The translations under genes were made by a program, and so were the position numbers. Source: Sphingomonadales bacterium (GTDB taxonomy: Bacteria > Pseudomonadota > Alphaproteobacteria > Sphingomonadales > Sphingomonadaceae). Taken from it: a stretch of DNA of 64,000 bases. Under the pieces are notes generated by a model. It ran no database searches and was not told the origin of the DNA. It was given only the letters and a program-made list of their open reading frames with translations. How positions within the stretch are numbered: position 1 is the stretch's first letter; the number at the start of each line of letters is the position of its first letter. Below, one piece after another: positions 15,691 to 24,940 of this stretch. The stretch is taken from contig JANNWO010000074.1 in the NCBI GenBank assembly GCA_031408395.1, positions 234 through 64,233 of the forward strand, written 5' to 3'.

Positions 15691-17163
15691 TTGAAGCCGA
15701 TGCGAATCTGGCTGCCTCTGCTCGCCATGCTGGCACTAACCTCCTGCGGTCCTTCGGATGGTAGCGGGCCGGGCGAGGTGGCGATCATCGGAACGCCCGA
15801 CAGTCTGTTCCAGCGCGGCGTGCGCCTTTCGCCGTCCGCCCAGCACATCTACGCCGCAACCTCCGAAGGACTGGTCGCGCTCGACCAGGCGGGGCAGGTC
15901 GTGCCCGCCATCGCCGAGCGATGGATCGTTACCGACGATGGCCTGAGCTACATTTTCCGCCTCCGCGACAGTACTTGGCCCGGAGGCGACGAAATCACCG
16001 CGGCCGACGTGCGCCAGCGGCTGCGCGACGCGATCGTGCGGGTGCGCGGCACCTCGCTGGGGCTCGATCTTGCCGCCGTGCGCGATATTCGCGCGATGAC
16101 CGGGCGGGTGATCGAAGTGCGCCTCATTGCGCCCATGCCGGATTTCCTGCGCCTGCTTGCCCAGCCCGAACTCGGATTCGCCAAGAGCGGCAGCGGCGCC
16201 GGACCGATGGCGATGTCGCGCAGCGATGAGGGGGCGAGCGCCCGCCTTTCGGCGCTTCCGCCTGAGTCCCGCGGTCTCCCTGCGCGCGAGGATTGGGAGG
16301 AGGTTGCCCGTCCTGTCGCGGTACGGGCGCTCCCGGCGCAGAGTGCGGTCGCGGCCTTTTCACGCGGGGACGTCGACCTCGTTCTGGGCGGGACCATCGT
16401 CGATTTCCCCGAGGCGGAGGCCGGACCGCTTTCGCGCGGAACCATCCAGGTCGATCCGGCGATCGGGCTGCTTGGCCTGTCGGTGCGCCGCGAGACCGGC
16501 CTGCTCGCCGATCCCGCTCGGCGCGAGGCATTGTCGATGGCAATCGATCGGGCTGCGCTGATCCAGAGCTTCGGCATCGGCGGCTGGCGCGAGAGCAGCT
16601 GGGTGGTCCCCCCCGAAACTTATGCCGAGCCTCCCTATCAGGCCGATCGCTGGAACGGCGCCTCGCTTGGCGAACGCCGCGAAGTTGCTGCGGCGCGAAT
16701 CCGGGCGTGGGCGGGGCCGGGCCGCGAGGCGGTGGTGCGGGTGGCCCTCCCTTCCGGGCCAGGGAGCGATCTGATGCTGAGCCGGCTAGCTGACGACTGG
16801 GGAGCGATCGGGGTGGGCGTGAGGCGGGCCGCCACCGGCGAGGCCGCTGATCTTGAGCTGCGCGACACGCTTGCCCGCTATGGCTCGCCGCGCTGGTATC
16901 TCAATCAGTTCAACTGCAACCTCGGGCAGGGCCTGTGTGCCCCGCGTGCTGATGCGCTGGTGCGCCAGTCGCTCACCGCACGTGATGCGGCGGTGCGCGA
17001 GCGGCTGCTCGTCGAGGCCCATGCCGCACTCGTCGAGAGAGAAGTCTACATCCCGCTTGGCGCCCCCGTGCGCTGGTCGCTGGTGCGGGCCTCAATGCGC
17101 AACTACCTCGCCAACCCCTGGGGGTTCCACCCCTTGTTCCCGCTCTCGCAGCCCACCACATGA
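15691..17163 (+). CDS. ABC transporter substrate-binding protein (family 5, peptide/nickel type); lipoprotein
   Basis: Signal peptide with lipobox LALTSC. 490 aa with SBP-5-like sequence. The start is TTG at 15691 or ATG at 15700. Confidence 0.7.
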   Translation: MKPMRIWLPLLAMLALTSCGPSDGSGPGEVAIIGTPDSLFQRGVRLSPSAQHIYAATSEGLVALDQAGQVVPAIAERWIVTDDGLSYIFRLRDSTWPGGDEITAADVRQRLRDAIVRVRGTSLGLDLAAVRDIRAMTGRVIEVRLIAPMPDFLRLLAQPELGFAKSGSGAGPMAMSRSDEGASARLSALPPESRGLPAREDWEEVARPVAVRALPAQSAVAAFSRGDVDLVLGGTIVDFPEAEAGPLSRGTIQVDPAIGLLGLSVRRETGLLADPARREALSMAIDRAALIQSFGIGGWRESSWVVPPETYAEPPYQADRWNGASLGERREVAAARIRAWAGPGREAVVRVALPSGPGSDLMLSRLADDWGAIGVGVRRAATGEAADLELRDTLARYGSPRWYLNQFNCNLGQGLCAPRADALVRQSLTARDAAVRERLLVEAHAALVEREVYIPLGAPVRWSLVRASMRNYLANPWGFHPLFPLSQPTT

Positions 17164-17591
17164 AAGGTATGAACACGACCGACCGCCGCCGTCCTCAGGC
17201 AATGAGCTTTTCCGTTCCGATCGGCACCGACGCTGCCTCGGTACGTGCAAGGGTGGTCGCGATGGAGAAACTGCTGGAGCGAAGCCTCGTCATTCCCGGC
17301 ATCAACATGCCTGTCGGTCTCGACGCGTTAGTCGGTCTCGTCCCAGTGCTCGGCGAGGTCGTGACTGCGGCAATGGGCGCCTATATCGTGTGGGAGGCGC
17401 GCAATCTCGGGCTGCCCAAGTGGAAGCTCGCTAGGATGGGAGCCAATGTGCTGTTCGACACTGCGATCGGTGCAATCCCGCTGATCGGGGATGCTGCCGA
17501 CTTCCTGTTCCGCTCGAACACCAAGAACCTCAAAATCCTCATCAAGCACCTCGATACGCACCACCCCGAGAGCCGCATCATCGAGGGCTAG
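17160..17591 (+). CDS. DUF4112 membrane protein
   Basis: GLDALVGLVPVLGEVV...FDTAIGAIPLIGDAADFLFRSN matches the DUF4112 signature. ATGA overlap with the SBP gene. Confidence 0.75.
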   Translation: MKGMNTTDRRRPQAMSFSVPIGTDAASVRARVVAMEKLLERSLVIPGINMPVGLDALVGLVPVLGEVVTAAMGAYIVWEARNLGLPKWKLARMGANVLFDTAIGAIPLIGDAADFLFRSNTKNLKILIKHLDTHHPESRIIEG

Positions 17592-17626
17592 TTTCCTCAG
17601 GAGCCCATGCGCGCTAGGAGCGGTGC

Positions 17627-18418
17627 ATGAGCGCCGATGTCACCTATGCTAGCTACCTCGATCTGGGGCGCATTCTCGAGGCCCAGCACCCGGCCTCGGA
17701 GGCGCATGACGAGCTGCTGTTCATTATCGTCCACCAAGCGAGTGAGCTGTGGCTCAAGCTGTGCCTGCACGAGCTGACCGCCGCCCGCCAGTGCATCGAG
17801 GCCGATCAGCTCCGACCCGCCTTCAAGATGCTCGCACGGGTAGCGCGGGCGCAGCAGCAGTTGATCCAAAGCTGGGACGTGCTCTCTACCATGACGCCGC
17901 ATGACTATTCGACGATCCGCCCCCATCTGGGCGCGTCGAGCGGGTTCCAGTCAGCGCAGTACCGGATGATGGAGTTCATGCTTGGCGGGCGCGACGGCAA
18001 GCATGTGCGGCTCCACAAGTCGAACGAAGACTGGGCCCAACGTCTCGATGCGGAGCGCGGACGGGCGAGCCTTTATGACGCGGCGATCCGGCTGCTGGCG
18101 CGGCGCGGCTTTGCGATTGATGCAGCGGCGGCCGCGCGCGACCCGGCGACGCCTTACGTCCACAACGCCAGCGTCGAGGCGGCATGGGCGGAGATCTACC
18201 GCGACCCGCAGAGCCACTGGGATCTATATGAGCTCGCCGAGAAGCTGGTCGATCTCGAATACCACTTCCAGCGCTGGCGCTTCGGGCACTTGAAGACCGT
18301 CGAGCGGATCATCGGCTTCAAGCGCGGCACCGGCGGCACGCCGGGCGTGCCCTACCTAGAAGGCGTGCTGAAACAGGCCTTCTTCCCCGAACTGCTGAGC
18401 GTGAGAACCGCAATATGA
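17627..18418 (+). CDS. kynA: Tryptophan 2,3-dioxygenase
   Basis: YASYL.L..IL.AQ....HDELLFII.HQ.SELW and the C-terminal GTGGT.G..YL motifs. Confidence 0.88.
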   Translation: MSADVTYASYLDLGRILEAQHPASEAHDELLFIIVHQASELWLKLCLHELTAARQCIEADQLRPAFKMLARVARAQQQLIQSWDVLSTMTPHDYSTIRPHLGASSGFQSAQYRMMEFMLGGRDGKHVRLHKSNEDWAQRLDAERGRASLYDAAIRLLARRGFAIDAAAAARDPATPYVHNASVEAAWAEIYRDPQSHWDLYELAEKLVDLEYHFQRWRFGHLKTVERIIGFKRGTGGTPGVPYLEGVLKQAFFPELLSVRTAI

Positions 18419-19638
18419 CCCCCGAGAGCCGCGCCGCCGAGTTCGATGCCGCCGATCCGCTGGCGGAGTATCGCGAGCGGTTCACGCTGCCACAGGGCGT
18501 GATCTATCTCGATGGCAATTCGCTGGGAGCACTGCCCAAGGCGACCATTGCGGCCGTGCAAAGGGTGGTTGAGAAGGAGTGGGGCGAGGGCCTGATCCGA
18601 TCCTGGAACGGCGCTGGATGGTTCGAGGCTGCGGGCCGGGTCGGGGCGAAGATCGCACCGCTGATCGGCGCCGCGCCCCACGAAGTCATCGCCTGCGATT
18701 CGACCAGCGTGAACCTCTTCAAGCTTATCGCAGCCGCGCTTCAGATGCGTCCGGGCCGCAAGGTGGTGCTGTCTGAACCATGCAACTTCCCGACCGATCT
18801 CTACATGATCGCGGGCCTGGAGGCACAGGGCCTCGCCGAGCGCCGGCTGACAGAGCGTGGCAGCCTGGCCGAGGCGCTCGACGCAGATGTTGCGCTGCTT
18901 CTGCTCACCCATGTCCACTACAAGACCGGCGCGATGCACGACATGGCCGCTCTGACCCGCGCCGCGCACGAGGCGGGGGCGCTGGTGCTGTGGGACCTGT
19001 CGCACTCGACCGGCGCGCTGCCAGTTGACCTGAACGCGGTGGATGCGGACTTTGCGGTCGGCTGCGGCTACAAGTACTTGTGCGGCGGGCCGGGCGCACC
19101 AGCCTTCGCTTATGTCGCAGAGCGGCATCACGCGAACCTCGCCCAGCCGCTGACCGGCTGGTTCGGCCATGCCGCGCCCTTCGCCTTTACCGACGACTAT
19201 CGGGGCGCACCCGGCATCGAGCGGCTGCTATGCGGCACCTCGCCTGTGCTCGGGCTTGCGGCGCTGGAGGTCGGGGTCGACCTTATCGCGGAGATCGGTG
19301 TGGAGCGCCTCTCCGGCAAGTCGCAGGCGCTCTCGGAGTTTTTCCTCGAATGCCTGATGGCGCTGGGCGTCGATCTGGAGCTGATGAGCCCGCCAAGGAG
19401 CGATGATCGGGGTAGCCAGCTCTCTTTCCGCCACACCAACGCCTACGCGATCTGCCGGGCATTGATAGCGCGCGGGGTTATCGGCGATTTCCGTGATCCG
19501 GACGTTCTGCGGCTCGGCTTTGCCCCTGCCTATCTGAGCTTCGCCGACATCGCTGCCGCCGCCCGCCATCTCGCGGAGGTGCTGGCGAGCGGCGAGTGGC
19601 AGCGCATGGAATTCAGCCAGCGCGCTGCCGTCACCTGA
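18415..19638 (+). CDS. kynU: Kynureninase
   Basis: 407 aa. IYLDGNSLG, GCGYKYLCGGPG, and PLP-fold length. ATGA overlap with kynA. Confidence 0.88.
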   Translation: MTPESRAAEFDAADPLAEYRERFTLPQGVIYLDGNSLGALPKATIAAVQRVVEKEWGEGLIRSWNGAGWFEAAGRVGAKIAPLIGAAPHEVIACDSTSVNLFKLIAAALQMRPGRKVVLSEPCNFPTDLYMIAGLEAQGLAERRLTERGSLAEALDADVALLLLTHVHYKTGAMHDMAALTRAAHEAGALVLWDLSHSTGALPVDLNAVDADFAVGCGYKYLCGGPGAPAFAYVAERHHANLAQPLTGWFGHAAPFAFTDDYRGAPGIERLLCGTSPVLGLAALEVGVDLIAEIGVERLSGKSQALSEFFLECLMALGVDLELMSPPRSDDRGSQLSFRHTNAYAICRALIARGVIGDFRDPDVLRLGFAPAYLSFADIAAAARHLAEVLASGEWQRMEFSQRAAVT

Positions 19639-19642
19639 GCGG

Positions 19643-20557
19643 TCAGCCGACGGTGCGTTCGGCCTTGTCCTTATCGTTGGTACCCTTGATCATGGCGCGC
19701 ATCTGGTCCCATTCCGCATCGCCCAGCGCGTGGAGCATCGGGTAGAAGGTGCCGCCGTTGGCTTGGAAGCCGGCGCCGTCGATGGCAATGGTCTGGCCGT
19801 TCACATATTCCGCGCCCGTTCCCATTAGAAACACCGCGAGATTGGCGAGTTCGTGCATCTCGCCCGCGCGGCCGAGCGGGTTCATAGAATTATTCGAATT
19901 GCCGCCCGACCCGCCCGGGCTGAGCCGCGCGCTCATGCCCTTGGTCGGGAAGAGGCCCGGGGCGATGGCGTTGAAGCGCAGGCCGTAGCGGCCCCACTCC
20001 GTTGCAAGACTCTGCGTCATGGCGTTGATCGCGGTCTTGCTCATGGCCGAGGGGACCACGAAGGCACTGCCCGACCACACCCAGGTGGTGAGGATCGACA
20101 GGAAGCTTGCGTGCTTCTTTTCCGCGATCAAGCGCTTACCGATATCGAGCGTGACGTAGAAGGTGCCGCGCATCACGATGTCGGCGATGGCGTTGAAACC
20201 GTTGACCGAAAGGTCCTCGGTGCGACTGATGAAGTTACCAGCCGCATTGTTCACTACGCCGGTAAGCGCTCCGCCGTCGGCCCAAATCGCATCGACCATC
20301 GCATGGATCGCGTCCGCATCGCGGATGTCGCAGGCCATGCCGACGATCTTTGCCCCAGAGCCATTGGCATGCAGCGCGGTCAGTTCCTCAGCGGTCTCGT
20401 CGAGCTTGTTCTGCCGCCGCCCGCAGATGTAGACCGTGGCGCCGAGCTTGAGGAAGGCCTCGGCCATCTCCCGCCCTAGACCCGTACCGCCGCCGGTGAC
20501 GAGTATGCGCTCGCCCGCCATGAGGCCTTCGCGGAACATCAGCTTCGATACGTCCAT
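19643..20557 (-). CDS. SDR family oxidoreductase (2,4-dienoyl-CoA reductase-like)
   Basis: TGGGTGLG Rossmann motif. 304 aa. Confidence 0.75.
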   Translation of the reverse strand: MDVSKLMFREGLMAGERILVTGGGTGLGREMAEAFLKLGATVYICGRRQNKLDETAEELTALHANGSGAKIVGMACDIRDADAIHAMVDAIWADGGALTGVVNNAAGNFISRTEDLSVNGFNAIADIVMRGTFYVTLDIGKRLIAEKKHASFLSILTTWVWSGSAFVVPSAMSKTAINAMTQSLATEWGRYGLRFNAIAPGLFPTKGMSARLSPGGSGGNSNNSMNPLGRAGEMHELANLAVFLMGTGAEYVNGQTIAIDGAGFQANGGTFYPMLHALGDAEWDQMRAMIKGTNDKDKAERTVG

Positions 20558-20569
20558 GGTTTGGTCCTC

Positions 20570-21778
20570 TCAGAGACCGAGAACGGTCTTGGCAATGATA
20601 TTCTTTTGCACTTCGTCCGAACCGCCGAAGATCGTCTGCGCCCGGTTGTTGAGGTAGCGGCCCATCGCGGTCTGGGCATATTCGCTCCCCACCGGCTCGG
20701 GCGCCTCGTTGCCGTAGAGTGGGCGTTCGAGCGGCAGTTGCAGCGCGTCCGGGCCGAGCAGTTCGAGCCTGAGCACGTCGACCTTCTGGCCGATATTCGA
20801 TCCGAGCAACTTGACCAACGAGGTCTGCGGCCCCGGCGCCTTGCCCTTGGCGAGTTCGGCGAGGATGCGCAGTTCTGTCACTTCCAGCGCCTCGGCCTCC
20901 AATCGCACGCGGGCGAGCCGGTCGCGGAAGCGCGGGTCATGCGAGAGCGCACCATTGATGCCCGATGGCTGGGTCTGGGCGAGCTGTTCGAGCCGGTCGA
21001 TGGACTGGAGCAGTCGCGGGGCATAGCACGATCCGCCGCGCTCGTTCTCGAGCAGGAACTTGGCGACGCTCCAGCCCTGACCTTCATCGCCGATGCGGTT
21101 TTCAGCCGATGTGCGGGCATCGGTGAAGAACACCGCGTTTACCTCGTGATCGCCCGACATCGAGTGGATCGGGGTAACCGCAACGCCCGGCTGGTCCATA
21201 GGCACCAACAGGAAACTGATCCCGGCCTGCTTCTTTACCGTCGCATCCGTGCGCACCAGCGCGAAGATCCAGTTGGCGTGATGGGCGTGGGTGGTCCAGA
21301 TCTTTGAGCCGTTGATGACATACTCGCCGCCGTCCAGAAGTGCGGCGGTCTTTAGGCTGGCAAGGTCGGAGCCGCTGCCCGGCTCGGAATATCCCTGACA
21401 CCAGTAATCCTCGCCCGAAAGAATGCCGGGCAGGAAGCGCGCTTTTTGTTCGGGCGTGCCGAAAGCGCAGATTACCGGGCCGACAAGACGCAACCCGAGG
21501 ATCGCCAGCGACGGTGCGCCAGCCAGCGCGCATTCTTTCTCGAAGATGAATTTCTGTGTCGGGGTCCAGCCCGTGCCGCCGTCTTCCTTGGGCCAGTGCG
21601 GGGCAACCCAGCCCTGGCGGTAGAGGATGCGGTGCCACTCCATCCCGATGTCGGGCTCGACGAACACGCCGGGCGTGCGGCGCGCGCCGTCGCGCAGGCG
21701 TTCGGGCAGGTTGTCCTTGAGGAATGCGCGCACTTCCTCGCGGAACGCCAGATCCTCAGTGGAGAAGTCCATATCCAT
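20570..21778 (-). CDS. Acyl-CoA dehydrogenase
   Basis: 402 aa. N-terminus MDFSTEDLAFREEVRAF, YSEPGSGSD, and a C-terminal IFGG..E.Q.NII motif. Confidence 0.85.
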   Translation of the reverse strand: MDMDFSTEDLAFREEVRAFLKDNLPERLRDGARRTPGVFVEPDIGMEWHRILYRQGWVAPHWPKEDGGTGWTPTQKFIFEKECALAGAPSLAILGLRLVGPVICAFGTPEQKARFLPGILSGEDYWCQGYSEPGSGSDLASLKTAALLDGGEYVINGSKIWTTHAHHANWIFALVRTDATVKKQAGISFLLVPMDQPGVAVTPIHSMSGDHEVNAVFFTDARTSAENRIGDEGQGWSVAKFLLENERGGSCYAPRLLQSIDRLEQLAQTQPSGINGALSHDPRFRDRLARVRLEAEALEVTELRILAELAKGKAPGPQTSLVKLLGSNIGQKVDVLRLELLGPDALQLPLERPLYGNEAPEPVGSEYAQTAMGRYLNNRAQTIFGGSDEVQKNIIAKTVLGL

Positions 21779-21804
21779 TACAGTTGATCCCGTCGTGCTA
21801 TTCT

Positions 21805-22560
21805 TCAGGCCCCGTCTCGCATGGCCCAGCGGATCGTGCGCCGCAGCAAGTCATAATAGACGTCGTAATTCCAGGCGCACATTTCCTTGTGCGGGTAGAA
21901 ATCGGCCATGCCCGGAAGGTCGTAGTGCCCGCGGCAATGGCCTAGAGCATTGTATACGATCCGACCCGCGCCGATATCCCTCGTATAAACGATAGGGACA
22001 GTGGTCTTGCCCCATTGGCTGTGGGTGAAGCCAGTCGCCTCGCCTTCGAATGTGGTCTGCATCAGTGTGTCGATCGGTGCGGTGGTCTTGGAGAGGTAGA
22101 GCTCGTCCACCACCTCGAAATCCTCGATTCCGCGGGTGAGCTCATGGGCCTTGTTGACCACCTCAACCGGGAACTTGCCGATTGGCGGGTGGGCTACGAA
22201 TTGCGTGCCAAGCATTTCCATAATGTCTGGGCGATCATCGGGCGCATCGACCAAGCCCTCCGCAGTGAAGACGAGGATCGAGTTGGTACCGTGGAGCGCC
22301 ATCCACTTGCCGCCCCTCTCCATCCACGCCTTCAGCTGCGAGGTTTGCTCCTCGGTCGGCATCAGGTCGCAGGTATAGGTGATGAGGAAACGGCACTGGT
22401 CGAGCCGCTCCAGCCCCGAATAATCCGCCGCCACAGTGGTGCGGATCTGCGGGTGCTCGGCGAGCAGTTTGAGGATCTCGAGGCGCGGGTAGTCGATGTC
22501 GTGATACTTGCCCGCGGCGATGAAGTGCGCGTCGATACGGGTGGCGGGTTGCTCTGCCAT
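21805..22560 (-). CDS. ThuA domain protein (copy 1)
   Basis: Internal ATG at 22560, one nt after the upstream stop. FEVVDELY motif and LHG.. context. Confidence 0.65.
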   Translation of the reverse strand: MAEQPATRIDAHFIAAGKYHDIDYPRLEILKLLAEHPQIRTTVAADYSGLERLDQCRFLITYTCDLMPTEEQTSQLKAWMERGGKWMALHGTNSILVFTAEGLVDAPDDRPDIMEMLGTQFVAHPPIGKFPVEVVNKAHELTRGIEDFEVVDELYLSKTTAPIDTLMQTTFEGEATGFTHSQWGKTTVPIVYTRDIGAGRIVYNALGHCRGHYDLPGMADFYPHKEMCAWNYDVYYDLLRRTIRWAMRDGA

Positions 22561-22561
22561 G

Positions 22562-23332
22562 TCAGCTCCTGATGCTGCCGCCACCGTCGACGGTGAGGTC
22601 GCAGCCTGTGGTGAAGCTCGCCTCATCGCTGGCGAGGAAGACCACCGCCCGCGCGACTTCCTCGGGCTCGCCGATGCGGTTCATCGGGTGTGTGGCGGCA
22701 AAGTTAGTCTCGATGTTCTCCGGCGTGTCGGCGCCCGAGAACTTGTAGCGGTTGTACATTGGCGTGCGGATCGCACCGGGGTGGACCATGTTGACGCGGA
22801 TCGGCAGGCCCCGTTCGGCAAGATCGAGCGCGACGGACTGGGTGAGCCCGCGCAAGCCTGTCTTCGACGCGCTGTAGGCCGCCACGAAAGATGCCGGGCG
22901 CAACGCGATCATCGAGCCGATGTTGACTATGGCACAGGCCTCGCCGCTCGCCTCCATTGCCGGGATCGCGGCGCGCATTCCGTAGAAGGGGCCGTGCAGG
23001 TTGATGTCGATGGTGCGGTGCCACACGTCGAGCGCACCTTCGGGGACATTGCCCGGCTCGGAGATGCCGGCGATGTTGCAGAGCACGGTGAGCTTGCCGA
23101 AACGCGCCTGCGTGGCGGCGACGGCGGCCTCCCATTGGGCGAAATTGCGTACATCAAGTGCGATGGCCGCTGCCCGCTCGCCCAGTTCACCCGCGAGCGA
23201 CTGCGCTTTTTCAAGCTGGACGTCGCCCAGCATCACACTGCCACCCTCGGCCATGATCAATCGCGCAACGGCCGCCCCGATCCCCTCAGCGCCGCCCGAG
23301 ATCAGCGCGACCTTACCCTGCATCCGGCTCAT
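22562..23332 (-). CDS. SDR family oxidoreductase (hydroxysteroid-dehydrogenase-like)
   Basis: Internal ATG at 23332 (MSRMQGKVALISGGAEGIG) forms an ATGA overlap with the thiolase-like gene. YSASK catalytic motif. Confidence 0.8.
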   Translation of the reverse strand: MSRMQGKVALISGGAEGIGAAVARLIMAEGGSVMLGDVQLEKAQSLAGELGERAAAIALDVRNFAQWEAAVAATQARFGKLTVLCNIAGISEPGNVPEGALDVWHRTIDINLHGPFYGMRAAIPAMEASGEACAIVNIGSMIALRPASFVAAYSASKTGLRGLTQSVALDLAERGLPIRVNMVHPGAIRTPMYNRYKFSGADTPENIETNFAATHPMNRIGEPEEVARAVVFLASDEASFTTGCDLTVDGGGSIRS

Positions 23333-24492
23333 TCGCGCTCCAGGATAGCGACCGCCGAGAGACCCGGCGCGCCGTAGACGTGGGAATATCCGAAGCGGGG
23401 TCCCTTGCCATTTTCCCCCGGCACCTGCCGCTCGCCGCCGCGCTGGCGCAGTTGCTGTACGTTCTCGTAGACCTGCCGCAGGCCCGAGGCACCGACCGGC
23501 TCTCCGCAGGCCAAGCACCCGCCATCGGTGTTTACCGGCAGCTTGCCGCCGATCTCGGTCCAGCCATTGGCGAGCCACTCCTCCTGCGCGCCGTCTTGGC
23601 AGAAGCCGTTTTCGGCCATGTGCATGATTTCCGCACCGCTTTCGGTGTCCTGAAGCTGGGCGACGCTGATGTCCTCCGGGCCGATCCCGGCTCTTTCGAA
23701 CGCGGCCTTGGAGGCGAGGACGGTCGGCTTGCCGCCTTCTTCGATGCTGATGCCGGCCTGGAACACCTCGAACGAGTTGGGCGGGCGGGTCTTCACGGCA
23801 ACTGCGCGGATTTTCACGCCATCTGCACCCAGCTCCTTCATCTTCTTTTCGCTGGCGAGAATCAGCGCTACCGCGCCCTCGGCGGGCGAGCAGAACATGT
23901 ATTTGGTCAGCGGGTCATTGATCATCGGCGCGTTCATGATCGTTTCGAGATCGACCGGGCTGCGCCGCCACGCATGGGGCGTAATGGTACCGTTGCGAAA
24001 CGCCTTTTCCGCAACCCGGCCCAGCGTCGTGCGGCTGATGCCATGAAGCTGCATGTAACGCTGAATCTTGAGAGCGAAGAACTGCGTTGTCAGCATCATG
24101 CCGGTCTGGCCATACCATTCAGGCAGGCCGTAATCGGCGGGCTTGGCGTTGAAGGCACCGCGAGGATGCTTGTCGAACCCCACCGCAAGCGCGAGATCAT
24201 ACATGCCGCTCGCGATCGCTTGCTGCGAGGCCGCGAGCGCACTGCCACCGGTGGCGCAGCCGTTGGCGACGTTGGTGAAGGGGAGGCTGGTCAGCCCTAG
24301 CTCGTTGACCATGATGTCGGCATTGCCCGCCGCCGCGCTGCCGCCATAGGCACATTCGACATCGGGCCAATCCAGCCCGGCATCGGCCAGAGCCTCGCGC
24401 ACAGCATAGACCCCTTGCTCGCGGCCCGAACGGCTGTCGGTGCGGCCAAATGGGTGGATCCCGGCGCCGATGATGTAGACGTTTTCGGTCAT
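23329..24492 (-). CDS. Thiolase-like / SCP-x-type lipid-transfer protein
   Basis: 387 aa with thiolase-fold sequence (NGCATGGSAL, CLACGEPVGASG). Translationally coupled to a DUF35 gene. Confidence 0.8.
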   Translation of the reverse strand: MTENVYIIGAGIHPFGRTDSRSGREQGVYAVREALADAGLDWPDVECAYGGSAAAGNADIMVNELGLTSLPFTNVANGCATGGSALAASQQAIASGMYDLALAVGFDKHPRGAFNAKPADYGLPEWYGQTGMMLTTQFFALKIQRYMQLHGISRTTLGRVAEKAFRNGTITPHAWRRSPVDLETIMNAPMINDPLTKYMFCSPAEGAVALILASEKKMKELGADGVKIRAVAVKTRPPNSFEVFQAGISIEEGGKPTVLASKAAFERAGIGPEDISVAQLQDTESGAEIMHMAENGFCQDGAQEEWLANGWTEIGGKLPVNTDGGCLACGEPVGASGLRQVYENVQQLRQRGGERQVPGENGKGPRFGYSHVYGAPGLSAVAILERE

Positions 24493-24914
24493 GCGGCTTT
24501 GCTTTCACTGGCAGCCAAGGGACGGAAGGCATAGGTATCGTAGCGTGCGTTGAACGGCACGATGCAGAACTCGAGCTCCATGCCGAGGTGCAGGTCCTCT
24601 AGCCGCGCGTCGACGATGCGGCTCTCTACGATCACCTCGCCGGGAAGCTCGACATAGCCGATGAGGTAGCCATGAAAGTCAGGCGGCCCTTCGCCGGGGG
24701 CGGAGCCTGGGCCTTCATAGGGCTCCTTCGGTAGGAAGCCCTGACTGGTCCACGACCACAGCTTGCCGAAGCGTGAGAGCTTGTAAGGTTCGACGCCCTC
24801 TGCCGCATCGCCGGCCGGCATGGGAAAAATGATCTCGCCCGAGGGCCGGCGTCCGCCCATCAGGTGCGGCTCGCCGCCGTCGCTCCACAGGTTCGGGTCG
24901 ATCTTTTCGCCCAT
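24489..24914 (-). CDS. DUF35 OB-fold protein
   Basis: 141 aa. Typical size and position upstream of a thiolase-like gene. Start/stop overlap with that gene. Confidence 0.7.
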   Translation of the reverse strand: MGEKIDPNLWSDGGEPHLMGGRRPSGEIIFPMPAGDAAEGVEPYKLSRFGKLWSWTSQGFLPKEPYEGPGSAPGEGPPDFHGYLIGYVELPGEVIVESRIVDARLEDLHLGMELEFCIVPFNARYDTYAFRPLAASESKAA

Positions 24915-24940
24915 CGTTCAATCCCCCTCAGGCCCGCAGC

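Noticed and set aside
22562-23578. N-terminal extensions of several track ORFs (22562-23578, 35179-36231, 34165-35055, 36035-37690, 43474-44283, 10369-10836, 21805-22626, 33364-33768, 4660-5187)
   Set aside because: The extensions overlap upstream genes or are Arg/Pro-rich. Internal starts have Shine-Dalgarno sequences or ATGA/GTGA coupling and coincide with conserved family N-termini, so the shorter coordinates were used.
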